Of a stretch of DNA of 64,000 nt, positions 44,307 to 56,687 are shown one piece after another. Below the pieces are notes generated by a model, which ran no database searches, had not been told where the DNA came from, and saw only the letters and a program-made list of their open reading frames with translations. A program made the position numbers and the translations under genes. This DNA is from the human T2T-CHM13v2.0 reference genome, Homo sapiens, in the NCBI RefSeq assembly GCF_009914755.1, contig NC_060947.1. The stretch is one strand, 5' to 3'. Position 1 is the stretch's first letter. The number at the start of each line of letters is the position of its first letter.

Positions 44307-45390
44307 TGGTGGCAGATGCTCATAAGAAGATGACTCGTATCCCTTGGATCTTACCACTTCAGTGTGCTCCAGTGGGATTTCCATCTATTTACATCTCATT
44401 GCCTTCCTGGGGACTCAGGAAGGAGGGATCCATGAGGGATGGTTCTGTCCTTATTCAGACATTCAGGCTGGAATTACCCCAGGAGCAGCCCTCAACCAGG
44501 ACACAAGAGGAGTTGGTGTATAAATACCCCAGCTCCATCACCTCTCAGCTGGGATAAATCTGAGCCATGTCCTGCACCATTTCCCAGAATTTCCCAGTGG
44601 GATTAAACTCTAGTCATGCACAGTAATAGTATGCTTGACAATGCACTCTTTATAGGCTGCCTTTCCTTCCTGTCTCACTTACTTGCTTCTATATTTCCTT
44701 ACGAGCATTTCCTTGCCTCTCAAATAAACTACAGTCAGTTCTGCTATAACATGACAAATGAGTTTCTAGAAAATCACCATGCTATGCAAAATTATGCAAT
44801 AAAAACCACAGGGCTTGTGGGATAAATGAGATTAGGGGGCACAACACTTAAAAACGTAGTGATATATAAAAAATAAGATAGGAACCTAATAAAAATTGTA
44901 GTTTTACACATAATGTATGTTTTAAAAATGCATAAGTACAAAAATAGATATGGCATTTTACCTAGAAAAATCCCTGAAGGTGGCTTGTGGAAGTGGTCAT
45001 TGGAAGAGTTGCAGCTTGTGACTTACCATGCAAGAGTGGAAGGAAGGTGGTCAGAAACCCGAAGGAAAATTTTAACACCAGATATGGATGGTTGTGGCTT
45101 CTAAGGTGAACTGAGGTAGCTGGTCGATGTTCAAGGTGTGTGTATGTGTGTGCATTTTGTAAATGCAGCTCAATTCAGCTGGGTGCACTTTTCTGTGTTC
45201 ACCTACTATTTCTTTCAGACAAACTGGCACATAAGCAAATGTGAAATTTGCATGATGCCCAAGTCATTTCCTAATGTATCAGTCACACTGGAACAAATTT
45301 TTGTTTTTAAGACAAGCGTTTAGAGCAGAATTTTCCATACTTGTACTAGTGTTCTTGTTGCAGGGCTTGCTTCTAAACCTAAGCTAAAAT
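44307..45390 (+). mobile_element. LTR16 (B-like) solo LTR split by Tigger
   Basis: tggtggcagatgct..ggagcagccctcaacc..taaataccccagctcc..caaataaacta | cttgtact..cttgttgcagggcttgcttct. Confidence 0.75.
44732..45337. mobile_element. TcMar-Tigger DNA transposon (Tigger8-like) with TA TSD
   Basis: TIR cagtcagttctgctataac ... gtttagagcagaatt; flanked by TA at 44730-31 and 45338-39. Confidence 0.75.
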
Positions 45391-46064
45391 TACCTATCAA
45401 TGACAGCTTGATGGTGGTTTTATTTTTTAAGTGGCCCTTTCTCCTGTTGAACAAGGCTGATAAGCAAAACACAAGCCCCTTCACACCCAAGTAAGTTCAG
45501 TAGAGACTGTGGCTGGATATAAGAAGTGACAACTTAAGCCAGAATGTCCCTGTTGGAGGCTCTGCACTCCAAGTTACCTGGTCTCACCTACTCATTTTCT
45601 TGTAACTCACCTGGAGACTGCAACCCTGTTTTACAGGTCTTGAGAATCTTGGCTGCCTATTTACAGTTTCTTGGAACGGGCTTAAACCTAAAATCAAATG
45701 TCAGATTATTACGAGCTGAAGCAGAATTCTGTAAATGCTCGGTTTCTTCATTAGGGGAAAAAATTAACGTGGAACCTTGGTAGATATATTACTCACCTGC
45801 ATTCAGTGCTTCCCAGGAGGTAAAATTACAGTATGAGCTCAGTGCATTCTTAATTTCCCATGGTAGGTTACAAATGGGCTCTTTTCTATTCTACAACTTC
45901 TTTAATCTCAATACCTTATTTCTCCCACGTGTAGCTCTACACAATCAAGCAACTTATACACCACATGGCTCATTTGTCTAACTGGTTCTGCTTTGGTTTC
46001 AAGTTCATGCTTTCTATAACCTTGATTTTGACCTGGGTGTGCATGCAGGCTGCAAGTTCAATGT

Positions 46065-46256
46065 TTTTCAGAATGTGGACTTCAGATCAACCACATCAGA
46101 ATCTCCCCCAGAGAGCTTGTTGCAAGCACAGCTTCTTGGGCTCCACCCTAGACCTCCTGAATCAAACTATTTTGAGAGTGGGGCTCAGGGATCTACATTG
46201 TTTTCTACAAGCTATTGGGTGATGCTTATGTGCACTCAAGGTTGAGACTCACTGGT
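46065..46256. mobile_element. MER5A hAT MITE
   Basis: cacatcagaatct..ctcctgaatcaaa..gggtgatgcttatgtgcactcaaggttgagactcactg. Confidence 0.75.
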
Positions 46257-46381
46257 TTCGACCAGTGGGTCTCAACTGGGGCCAGTTGTGCACCACAAGG
46301 GGACATTTGACAATGTCTGGAAATGTATTTGGTTGTCACATCTGGAGGGAGGTGCTACTGCCTAAGTAAGTAGAGGCCAGG

Positions 46382-47282
46382 TGTGATGGTTAATATTGAA
46401 TGTCAACTTGATTGAAGGATGCAAAATATTCTTCCTGGATGTGTGTATTAGTCTGTTTTCTGCTGCTGATAAAGATATACCCAAGGCCGGGCAATTTACA
46501 AAAGAAAGAGGTTTAATGGATTTATAGTTCCACGTGGCTGGGGAGGCCTCACAATCATGGCAGAAGGCAAGGAGGAGCAAGTCATGTCTTACATCAGTGG
46601 TGACAGGCAAAGAGAGAGCTTGTGCAGGGAACCTCCCCTTTATAAAGCCATCAGATCTCATGAGACTTTTTCACTATCACGAGAACACCATGGGAAAGAC
46701 CTGCCTTCATGATTCAGTTACCTCCCACCAGGTCCCTCTTCCAACACATGATAATTCAAGATGAGATTTAAGTGGGGACAAAGCCAAACCAAATCAGCAT
46801 GTCTGTGAGGGTGTTACCAAAGGAGATTAACATTTGAGTCAGTAGACTGGGAGAGGCAGACCTATCCTTAATCCAGTGGGCACCATCTAATCAGCTGCCA
46901 GCGTGGCTAGAATAAAGCAGGCAGAAGAATGTGGAAGGACTTGACTTGACTTGCTGAGTCTTCTGGCCTTCATCTTTCTCCTGTGCTGGATGCTTCCTGC
47001 CCTCAAACATCAGACTCCAAGCTCTTCAGCTTTTGGACTCTTTGACTTACACCAGTGGTTTGCCAGGGGCTCTCGGGCCTTTGGCCATAGACTGAAGGCT
47101 GCACTGTTGGCTTTCCTACTTTTGAGGTTTTGGGACTTGGACTGGCTTCCTTGCTCTTCAGCCTGCAGAAGGCCTATTGTAGGACTTCACCTTGTGATCA
47201 TGTGAGTCAATTCTAATCAACTCCCCTTCATCTATACATATATCTGTTAGTTCTGTCCCTTTAGAGAACGTTGACTAATACA
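46382..47282 (+). mobile_element. MLT2A1-like HERV-L solo LTR split by THE1, 5-bp TSD ccagg
   Basis: tgtgatggttaatattgaatgtcaacttgattg ... ttagttctgtccctttagagaac..gactaataca. Confidence 0.9.
46444..46796 (-). mobile_element. THE1A-like MaLR solo LTR
   Basis: tgtattagtctgtttt..gctgataaagatataccc..ggggaggcctcacaatcatggcagaagg..gccaaaccaaatca. Confidence 0.92.
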
Positions 47283-47604
47283 CCAGGGATGCTGCTAAAC
47301 TTCCTATAAGTGCACAGGACAGCCCCCAGGACATGTAAATGGTGCCAAGTTTGAGACACCCTGGTTTCAACCCTGAGAGATTTCTCCAAGGTCTGCTGCA
47401 CTTATAGGGCTGTTTCCTTTGTCATTATTTTCTTTGGTTTCTCTGCAACTGGATGGCTTAGAAGCAACAAAGTTCTCTGGATAAGCAGAAATGTGTGGGG
47501 GGGCAGACTGGCAGCTTTATGTGGGTAGAATCAGGGTCGGTATGAGTGATCACTGACTCCTTGAAAGATGCCTTCCCCAGAATCCAAGAGTTGAACTATA
47601 AATC

Positions 47605-47620
47605 AGGTCAGCTTAGGTCA
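47605..47620 (+). promoter_or_regulatory. Perfect DR4 nuclear-receptor element
   Basis: AGGTCA gctt AGGTCA in apparently non-repetitive sequence. Motif match only. Confidence 0.4.
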
Positions 47621-48249
47621 TCCTAGAGATGAGGGGCCCTTGCAGATTTGGAGCAAATAACACAAATTTGGAGAAGCAGAATGGGCTTTTCTTTCAGTGT
47701 GTGTGGATTCTTTGTCAAACATACTCAGTTGTTATTACCTGACATGTACATGATACAGTGAAAGCTGGCCCTATTCATCACCTAGGGCAGTGCCTGTATG
47801 ACCCTTCCATGCTTCATGTGTTACTGACCTGTGCTTACTAAAAACTCTGCAAATATCTTCTAAATCATCAAAGAGGGGTTAGTGTGTTTAATACCATTTC
47901 AACATTGGGAGTATTCCATTGTGCCATGAATCTTTGAAAACTGGTAATTCATGTATAGGATAAATGGTGATTCAACTGCCAGCTCTGAAATTCTGAGTCT
48001 ATATTATATACCAAGGAATATTTATCTGTTTTATAAGTCTATTATTCAGTGATAAGACTTGTCCACATTATGTACAAAGAAGGATGTTTTGACTGCTAAC
48101 TAGTGAGATTTTACAAGTTCATGTATATTATTGAAATGTTTTTGTATATGCTGTAGCTTGAATGTAGAACCTCTTTCATCTATAGCCTGTTGAAGTCTGG
48201 AAAACCTTTTAGGATCCTTTAAAATGACTAAAATGTTAACATGGTTTGG

Positions 48250-48470
48250 ATAATTATAATGCTTAACATCTATTGAGCACTCACACCTGCCAGATGCTCT
48301 TCTAAGCACTGGACATTTATTTTGCTCATTCAATTCTCACAACAACCCTATGGGATAGAGGTATGATTATTACCATTTTACAGATGAGGTTAAATATGAA
48401 GGACACGCAGCTAGTAGGTGGCCAAACTACAATTGGAACTCAGGCAGTCTGGGTTCTTAACAAGAGTATT
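48250..48470 (-). mobile_element. MIR SINE
   Basis: tattgagcactcac..ctcacaacaaccctatg..ccattttacagatgagg. Confidence 0.8.
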
Positions 48471-48554
48471 ATTCTGCCTCAATTACTTCAAATGTAGTCA
48501 ATAATTTGTCACATCTGACTTGAATCAAGTGAAATAATCATTAAGATGATTTTC

Positions 48555-48876
48555 CTGGTCCAGCGTAGAAATGGGATGCAAGCCACATGTATAATTTCAA
48601 GTTTTCTAGGAGACAAACTGTTAAAAGATGTAAAAAAAAAAAAAAAGGTGAACTTAATCTTAATAGTATATTTTATTAACCAACATATCTGAAGTACTAT
48701 AATTTGAACATGTGATCACTATAAAACATTATTAGCATTTTACATTTTTCTTTTGTAGTATGCCTTTGAAGTTCTGTATATATTTTACACTTACAGCATA
48801 TCTCAATTCAGACTAGCCAAGTTTCAAATACCCCAAAGCCATATGTGACAACTGGCCACCATATTGGACAGTGCAT
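48555..48876. mobile_element. MER33 hAT MITE
   Basis: gcaagccacatgtataattt..ttacacttacagcatatctcaattcagactagcc..ccatattggacagtgca. Confidence 0.85.
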
Positions 48877-49144
48877 CCTTAGCTGATACTTGGTGAGAAG
48901 CATTAGGCTTGGAGAACTGAGTTTGAATGATTTTTTGAAAGGCAGGAAGATTGTTTTCCAATCCTGCTTATTTAGCTCAAGTCAGAGAGAGGCCTTAAAT
49001 GTTTTTCCATATTTTGACAGACTTCAGTGGCTACTTCTTTCCAGGGTCTGGCTTCTGCAAATGGACCCAAGCATTTATACCCTCATGTGCACACATGCCC
49101 CTCCTCTGCCAATAAATATTCTTGAAAGGGGATTTAACTTACAA

Positions 49145-49154
49145 CACACACACA

Positions 49155-49192
<38 letters not shown>
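49145..49192. repeat. (CA)n microsatellite
   Basis: Read directly; a second (CA)n lies at 49361-49391. Confidence 0.95.
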
Positions 49193-49195
<3 letters not shown>

Positions 49196-50557
49196 AGAAA
49201 ACACTGACCATCTTTGTTACCAATGTGTTATTTTCATTAGATTGAGGAGTGTACAGGAGGGGAGAGATGTTTCATTTGTGCCTGTGTGATATCTTCCTAT
49301 GTCTGCTTGACCTTTCAACCTCCACATACTGCCAACTTGGCCCCAGTGTAATTCAAATGGCACACACACACACACACACGTGCACATACACATTTTAACC
49401 CAGGAATGGGAATATATGGATCTACAGCCTTAAAAGCAAAAGCTTGTTGCATGGCTAGCCCAGAACTCAAACAAAGCTCCCACATTTGTGTCATAATGGC
49501 ATCAAGTTTGATGAAAGACATCAGCTCAACTCAGAAGCATATGGGGCTGCTTTAAAGCCTAGAAGAGCAAGTGCCTTTTGGGTATCTGTCTAGTGGAAGA
49601 CGTCTGTCCCTGATTGCTGGATAAAATGCACAGAGGCGCCCCTTGAACACTCAGACCAACAGGAACATTAGCCATTGGTATTGTCATCTTTCTTTTAATT
49701 AAATTCATGGGAGCAAGTGGTTCTTCTAGAAAAACACAATCATTGAGAAGCAACATACTGCAGTGAGAAGATCACGGATGAAAGGTTTTAGTCTTGACTT
49801 TTGCCATTAACTAGCCATGTGACCTTCATCCCTCTAAGCCTTTGAGGTAATAAAGGGACTTGGGATTAGATTTCAACCCAGGATGCACATTAGAGTCACT
49901 GAGGAGTTTGTTGTTAAATGTTGATGCCCAAATCCAATTCTAGACCAATTAAATCAGAACCTCTGAGGTTGGAGCCAGGTTGAGAATCACTGGATTAAAT
50001 GATCTGTAATTTTCCTCTAAGTCTTCAATGCTATAGTGAATCACCTGTTACAGATAGTATAGCGTATTACCTACTTCCAAGCCTTAGGAAGGAAAGTGTC
50101 ATTTGCATTGTGTGCCTCCTATTCCTTTTGAATCAGTCAGGGCCCTGGTTTCAGGGTGGGAAGTCAAGTTGGGCTGCTATCTGCCTCAAAATCTTCATTC
50201 CTAAGGAACTACTAGTATTGGGGAGAATGTTAGAGGGCTTATTGTGTTGTAAATGGGCCCTCACTCTTTTGGTGGAAAATTAGGGGACCAGAGAGAAAGA
50301 AGAGGAGGATTTAGGTGTCTAATTTCAAATGCTATTTGTTTGTAAGAGAGAGAAAATCCATTTATTTTAATTCAATTTCATTTAGTTAGGCCCTTTCCAG
50401 TCTCAGAAATGATTTAAGGTATCAGGGGAGAACTAATATTAGGTGTCTCCATTCCTCCCTCCTGAGAAGAGTTCCATGGAGAAGGAAATGCTCTGGTGTG
50501 TCTCATCCATATTCCCTAGAGTATAGATGAAATCAGAGTATTTCAAGGGTGGGTGAT

Positions 50558-50945
50558 TGTATCAGTCAGGACCAGCCCAGTAACAAATGACTCCCAAATC
50601 TCACCAGTTTACAACAGCAGATGTTTTTTTCTTGCTCATGAAAAATGTCTGATACAGGTCAGCTACAGCTCTCTCCTGTCTCCTTCACTCCAGGACTGGG
50701 GCTGATGGGATTGGTCTCTGCCTAGAACACTGCTGGCCCAAGTGACAGATAAAAGAAGAGAAAATGGTGAATCACACACTTGATCTTAATGTTTATGCTC
50801 AGAAGCGACACAACCCTTCTGCTCACACTTAATTGGCCAAAGCAACTCATGTGGCCCAGCCAACTCTGAGTTCAACAGAGCAAAGATGGGGATGTGTCAA
50901 CCTTCTGCAAGGATAAGGATGAAAACAGTAATACAATCTACTACG
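50558..50945 (-). mobile_element. MLT1 (J/K-like) MaLR LTR
   Basis: tgtatcagtcagga..taacaaatgactcccaaatctca..attggccaaagcaactcatgtggcc..aatacaatctactac. Confidence 0.75.
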
Positions 50946-51299
50946 GTAGCAAAAGATGCTGTAGTAAAGAGAGTCACAAACTCCCATCTACACAAGGAGT
51001 GAACGCATGGCCACAACCCAAGTTAGCTCATAGCTGTCATGGCCTGCCTCTCCCCGCCCCTCCAGTTGATCTACCAGAGTTCACTTTTGCCCTGAACACA
51101 CCAAGCAAGAGCCCTTGGGACATACTGTAACAGCAATTCCTGTCATGCTGGCCTCTGCTGATCTTTGACCTTTCCAAAATCCTTCCATCTGCTGAAAGAT
51201 GCTTGTTTGCTCTCCATGCAGATTTACTGATGACTTGAACAAAGATCTAGGATGGGCTCAGCCTTTCTACCTGGCGGCAAGGAAGCATGGTGGCTGGGA

Positions 51300-51680
51300 A
51301 CAATGGTTCTCAAATTTGGCTGCACACCAGAGTCACCTGGGGAGCTTGAGAAAATACTGATGACTGGGTCCTACTCTCTGAGATTCTGATATAGTTGATC
51401 TTGAGTGCAGCTTGGGCTTGGATGATTCTAACGCAAACTCTGAGAACCTCTGGTTAAAAGCACCAGCTTCCCAGCCAGCTGAGACCTGGGTTCATAACTT
51501 GACTTTCCCATTTCTCAGCTGTGTTGCTTTTGCCCAAGTTACTGTATTTCTCTGTTGCTTGGTTTTCTCATCTGTCTCTATGTCATAGGCTTTTGTTGTG
51601 ATAATTAGAGGAGGGTGAATAAAGCACTAAGTGTTGTGCTTAGGTTCTAGTAAGTGTTCAATATGTATAATAATTGTTGT
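51300..51680. mobile_element. MER5-type MITE (51300-51452) followed by a MIR (+, ~51455-51680)
   Basis: caatggttctcaaatttggctgcacaccagagtcacctggggagctt; gacctgggttca..ttttctcatctgt..aagtgttcaata. Confidence 0.75.
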
Positions 51681-52403
51681 TACTGTCATCATGCTGCAGC
51701 TTCCTGTGCTGCACGAATGCCTCCTGGAAAAACCAGCTGTTCTACTAGATTGGCCGTTGAAGAAATGGTTGTAAAAGCCATACTGTGCTATTAAACATGA
51801 TTACATTTAGCAATGGTCTAAGCAATGGGAATGAATGCAGCTTTTGGCTTTCCTTGACATCTCGAGACCTCACAGCAGAAAAAATCCTCTGGACTTTCTG
51901 GAACCCTCACCACTCATTCTTTCATCTCCAGTATGGAAGGCTTATTTTGGGGGAAGTGTTTATGATGAAACCAAAAAGTAAAAAAGAAAGAAATGTAACA
52001 ATTTTGAAATGTGTCTTTCCATTGTTTTGCGGCCCATTTTAGTTTCCAATATGAATGAGCAAGCTGTTGAGAAGTAAGGGGGACAGCATGTTGCTGTCTT
52101 CCCAGGGCCTTACACAACAAGGAGGCTTGGGCCAGCTGGACTGAGACCCAGGAGCACTTGCACACGCACACCATCCGCCCGGATGTTCCGGAGTGTGTTT
52201 GGGTTTCACTTTGAAATAAAACATGAAACATGGGAAGTGCCAGGAAGGGGCAGGGTGGCTATCAGATTAAAAGAGCTCTAATACCACTTGACCACTTGCT
52301 TCTAGCTATAGTCGTATTTCTTTGTGGTTTAGGATAACCCACCGGGACCACCATCCTGAGGGACTTAGGGGAAGGAAGAGAGATGATCACTGGTGTACCT
52401 CCC

Positions 52404-52428
52404 ATCATCATCATCGTCATCATCATCC
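52404..52428. repeat. (CAT)n microsatellite
   Basis: Read directly from the sequence. Confidence 0.9.
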
Positions 52429-53446
52429 TCATTTCATTTAAAATAAGGATGTAGGGCTCTTCAGTCTTTTAATTCTGATTTAGCAAGTTCTTTGCCTCTT
52501 AATCTCTCAATTCCCAACATAAGGCATTTCCCACTCCCCACCCCCACCCCCATTTGTGCTTATGGAGTTTTTAATGATTTAATGAGCAAATGTCAAGACT
52601 TACATTTCTGTTTCCAGGAACTAGTTCTTGATCATTCCTAATTCTTTGCATATGACACACACATCAGAGTTAGTTCCATTTGACATTTGTGAATTTATGG
52701 GAAACCTCATCTTTGTGGACATTTAAAACTTGGCTGCACCCATTGAATCCACCCTAGGGAATAATTTTGCAAGGTTCCCTAAAGGATTAGGCGAGATAAC
52801 CAATAACATGCTATTTCTGTAAATTCCAATTCTGGGGGGGCTTTGATGAGAAAGGCACTTTTTCATTTTTGTTTTCTTTCTCCTGCAAACATGGAAAATA
52901 GGAATGTCTCTGAATGATTAAGATCTAAGAGTGGATAATGAAAGCACAGACAGTGATAGTCTTGCTGACTGCCAAGAAAGCAAGCTCTGTAGGGATTTGG
53001 GACTGGCTCGGAGGATAGCATGGATTGCTCACATTCTGTTTGGACAGAAAGCAGAATTGCTGGATCTGAAACATTTTACCCCTTTTAGGAATTGCTTCTC
53101 CAGTTGTGGACATCCAGCTGGGTTAACATGCTGTCTGAAGGGCATCATGCTTATTGTCATGTTAAGAGGGATTGTAAGGGAAGAGAGGGAGAGACTGGAG
53201 AGAAGAAAATTAGCAATTTTTAAATGGAATTTCCCTAAGCATGATTGGGAAGTAGAAACACATTTCCATCCATTCTAAATATTGCCGTCATTATTTGGGT
53301 GAAATTGTGCAAGCATGAACCCTCTTTCTTAATTGCAAGTGTAATTTCAAGATGGAGAAGAGGCTGTAAGTAGAGGGTGTTTTCATTTATTTGAACTGGG
53401 ATGCATACCCTGCCACCACTCTCTTTATTTACAGGTGTATTTTAGA

Positions 53447-53618
53447 GCCTGCTTTCTCAAAGTGGGATCCATGGAGCCAGCAGCATCGCATCGTCAGGGA
53501 GCTCATTAGAAACAAAGACCCTCAACCCCACCCCAGACCCACTGAGTCAGAATCTGCATTTCAGCCAGGGCCCAGGATGGCTGGCTCGCACGCACAGTAC
53601 AGTCTAAGAAGCATTGCT
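53447..53618. mobile_element. MER5A hAT MITE
   Basis: tttctcaaagtggg..cagcagcatc..ccccagacccactgagtcagaatctgcattt. Confidence 0.85.
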
Positions 53619-53952
53619 CTTGAGAATTTTAAAGAGTTATAGGTTCTTTCCTTGCTGCGTTGACTCTCTGCAACCCAGTTACATGAAGGAGCCCAATTTG
53701 GCCCTCTCTAAGGAGCACAAAGCTAGGGGCCTGTGTGCTCAGAAATGTTATATCCATGGTGGGAATAGAAATGTTCTGTTCCAGAAAGTCTAGTTGGAGG
53801 GATGGCAGGGGCAGGGTGGCAGATCTGTTTGAGATGTCTCTTGTAATGTGTGACCAATGAGACCTTGCAGAATTAAGCTGGGTCTCCCATTTCTCTATGC
53901 TTTTGCTACTGAGGAAAATCTCCAGTGAGTTCTACCTTTTTCTCCCTTCCCT

Positions 53953-54249
53953 CTTTTTTTTTTTTTGAGACAGGGTCTCACTCTGTCAACCAGGCTGGAG
54001 TGCAGTGGCATGATCTTGGGTCACTGCAGCCTCGACCTCCCTGGGCTCAAGCGATCCTCCTACCTCAGCCTCCAGTATACCTGGGACCACAGGTGCACGC
54101 CACAATATGTGGCTAATTTTTTTGTCTTTAGTAGAGACAGGGTCTTACTGTCTTACCCAGGCTGGTCTCAAGTTCCTGGGATCAAGTGATCCTTCCACCT
54201 CAGCCTCCCAAACTGCTGGGATTACTGGCGTGAGCCACCATGCCTGGCC
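53953..54249 (-). mobile_element. AluJ
   Basis: Poly-T, gagacagggtctcact..ctgggctcaagcgatcctcc. Confidence 0.93.
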
Positions 54250-55077
54250 TATCCCACCCTCTATTGTCCTACAAATATCTATTACATCTAATGCATTATA
54301 TGTTTCCAAAAGTGCTTCTTTGGGAGAGATGTCTGCTCAATTTTTGCTGCTTAATTTTCTTCTTTTAATCATTCATTCATTTTGCAAAGCCAAATGTATT
54401 TTTATTTGCAAGTGCTTCATTTTCATTATTAAGCTAGCTAAGGCCTGGTCACCATAGCTGAAGCAAAGTGGAAAACTAAGAAACGGTCTTCATTTAGCTG
54501 AATGATGTTGGAAAATCAGGGTTTGGTTCCAATTCTCTGGATAATTCCCTGGTTGCTTCGTTTTGGTTTGGCAGAGGAAGCAGCCCGCATGCTCAGCCCT
54601 TAACTGGGTTTTGTCAAAGTCAAGATACCTTGCTCTCTGCTCCCCTGGGGGCTGTGGCATGAGGCCCAGGCTTGGAAGACAGAGACAGGTAGGTCCTGGG
54701 CCACAGCCATGTCCAGCTACAAGGGCCACTTGAGAGATGGTGTCCACTATTCTTTGTGGCATTTTAAGGTCGTGCTTTCTGATTCTCTGCTTTGTGCTGC
54801 CTCCGAGTCACCTGGAGCAAGCTCTTAGTTAGTTAGTGTGTGGATTCTGGCCTCGGAGGAATGCAGTGGCTCCTCCAGAGCCGCCCCACTGACCTGTAGG
54901 ATAAGGGGGCGGGAGGAAGAGCTGGAGAATATTTCAACCTTGGCTTTTTCCAGATGGTTTGGCCTGGTTGGTGCCATAGCCTCTGAAGAACCTGTCTTGG
55001 GAGTGGGGCTCTGTGTCAGGCCCACAATTTCCCCCTGGGGGCAGCTCTGACACATTTGCTCAAATAGTAGCCAGAAG

Positions 55078-55115
55078 CCGCCCCCCCCCCCGCCCCATCC
55101 CCCCCATCCGGAAGC
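55078..55115 (-). other. G-quadruplex/i-motif-forming tract followed by an ETS core
   Basis: ccg C11 g CCCC at C7 at cc ggaag on the + strand. Confidence 0.6.
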
Positions 55116-56687
55116 AGCCCAGGGCCGTCTGTGGTCCAGGTTTCAGGAGCTGCAGCCGCCTGGGTGTGGCTGCTCTTCCGAAGTTCCCGGTGCTGCCATC
55201 TGGAAAAGCCGGACTGGATTTCAGTTCAGGCCTGGCTCAGAGCAAATGTGGGCTTGCCTGTAGCAGGGAAGCTTTCTTTGTGAGGTGCTGATTTAGAGAC
55301 CCCGAATGTTAATTTGTGAAGTTGGTGATTGGCCTGTTAGGAGCCATCTTGTGACACTGCCCCTAAATCTTTCCTTGTTTTTCTTAAGATAATTCCTCTC
55401 CAAGTTATTATGTGAGAACCCAACAAGGCCACCTTCAGTAACTGCAGTTGGGAAACTGATGTGGCTCCATCATGCAGTTCTAATTCATCTTCTTCCTGGT
55501 ACCTGCTCTAGTTACATCAAGAAGTCAGGTTTGCACTGGTGTATGGTTCTATGTTGGAGGTCAGAGGTCGTCTCTGAGGTTACATTGTCCATCACTTGCT
55601 AGGAAAAAAAAAATGGATAAGGAAGACTCTTTGAAGAAAAACTCACATTGGTGACTGTCTTTTGAGGAGTTGTCCATGGTCAGCAAGGCAGTTCTGTCGC
55701 TAAGTATCATGAGTCTAGCATGTGTGCTCATGGAGCTGGAATATGGTGAGTAGGGGTGGTAGTGGGGAAGTACAGAGTGCCTGATGGCTCTGCAGGGAGA
55801 GAACTAGGGCACCATCAGGCTGAGTCTTAGAGCCTGGCAGGACTCAGGCCTGACAGAATGCAGGAATGCTGGAATGGAAACTGAGGTAGCAACACAGTCA
55901 CATGATTGGGTGGACACAGCAGCAATTAGGAAACTCAGCAGCAGGTGCCACTTGAGAGGCAGAGACCCAGTCTTCCTGCCAGGGATGTCTTTCCAGGGCC
56001 CACCCCCCAGGCCTTGATCTCTGCTGCTGCCAAAAATGGCAGGGCTGACACAGCAGGATTGCTTATCTCTACTGAGCAGAGCAGATGAGGAAACCGAGGC
56101 ATAGAGCCGCCATGAGACTCATCCCAAGGCTCCTGACAGTCCAGAGGCAGAGCCAGTAGTGGGGGCAGTCTCCCCAGATGAGCTGACCTCAATGGATCTC
56201 TACACAGAAGAGGGAAAACAGATAGGGCGGCATCCAGTAAATACCCCAAAAGCTCATCTTGGAACCTGTGAGTCCCTGCTTGTGTTTCTTGGCTTCCCAG
56301 GTCCCCTCACACCTCAATAAAAGCCCAGTCTTGTCTTTCTCTCCCAACAGTGCCGGCAAAAGAAATAAGACCTCCAACCACCACAGTGGAAAACCTGCAG
56401 GAAGAAAATGTTCATAAAGAGTTGAACCATGGCCCGAAGTGGTTTTGGTTTTCTTTCAAGGCCTGCAGCATCCTGGAGTGCCAGGGGCCTGTGGTCACAA
56501 AAGCTTCATCTCAAAAGAAGCTAAGAGGGGGTCCATTCTGGGGAATACTCTGGACAGTGCTATGAAGGGCAGCTGGGAAGAGAGCTGGCTCTCTGCTGCA
56601 TATTGACTACTCGGGGGTACAATTTTGTCTTGCCCTTACCCTTATCCACCCATAGCAAGCTCCGCATTTGGTGATGTTTGCTTGTTT

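Larger units (their letters stand above)
46262..47363. mobile_element. MER20 split by MLT2A (halves 46262-46381 and 47283-47363)
   Basis: cagtgggtctcaactgggg..ggggacatttgacaatgtctgg..tagaggccagg | ggatgctgctaaac..tgcacaggacagcccc..ttgagacaccctg. Confidence 0.88.

Noticed and set aside
52931-53278. 115-aa ORF with a protein-like N-terminus (DNESTDSDSLADCQES)
   Set aside because: GTG start, the upstream pyrimidine tract is not followed by AG, and no homology is recognised.
54874-55045. CTCF-like motifs (also 55935, 60415)
   Set aside because: Each mismatches key core positions of the CTCF consensus.
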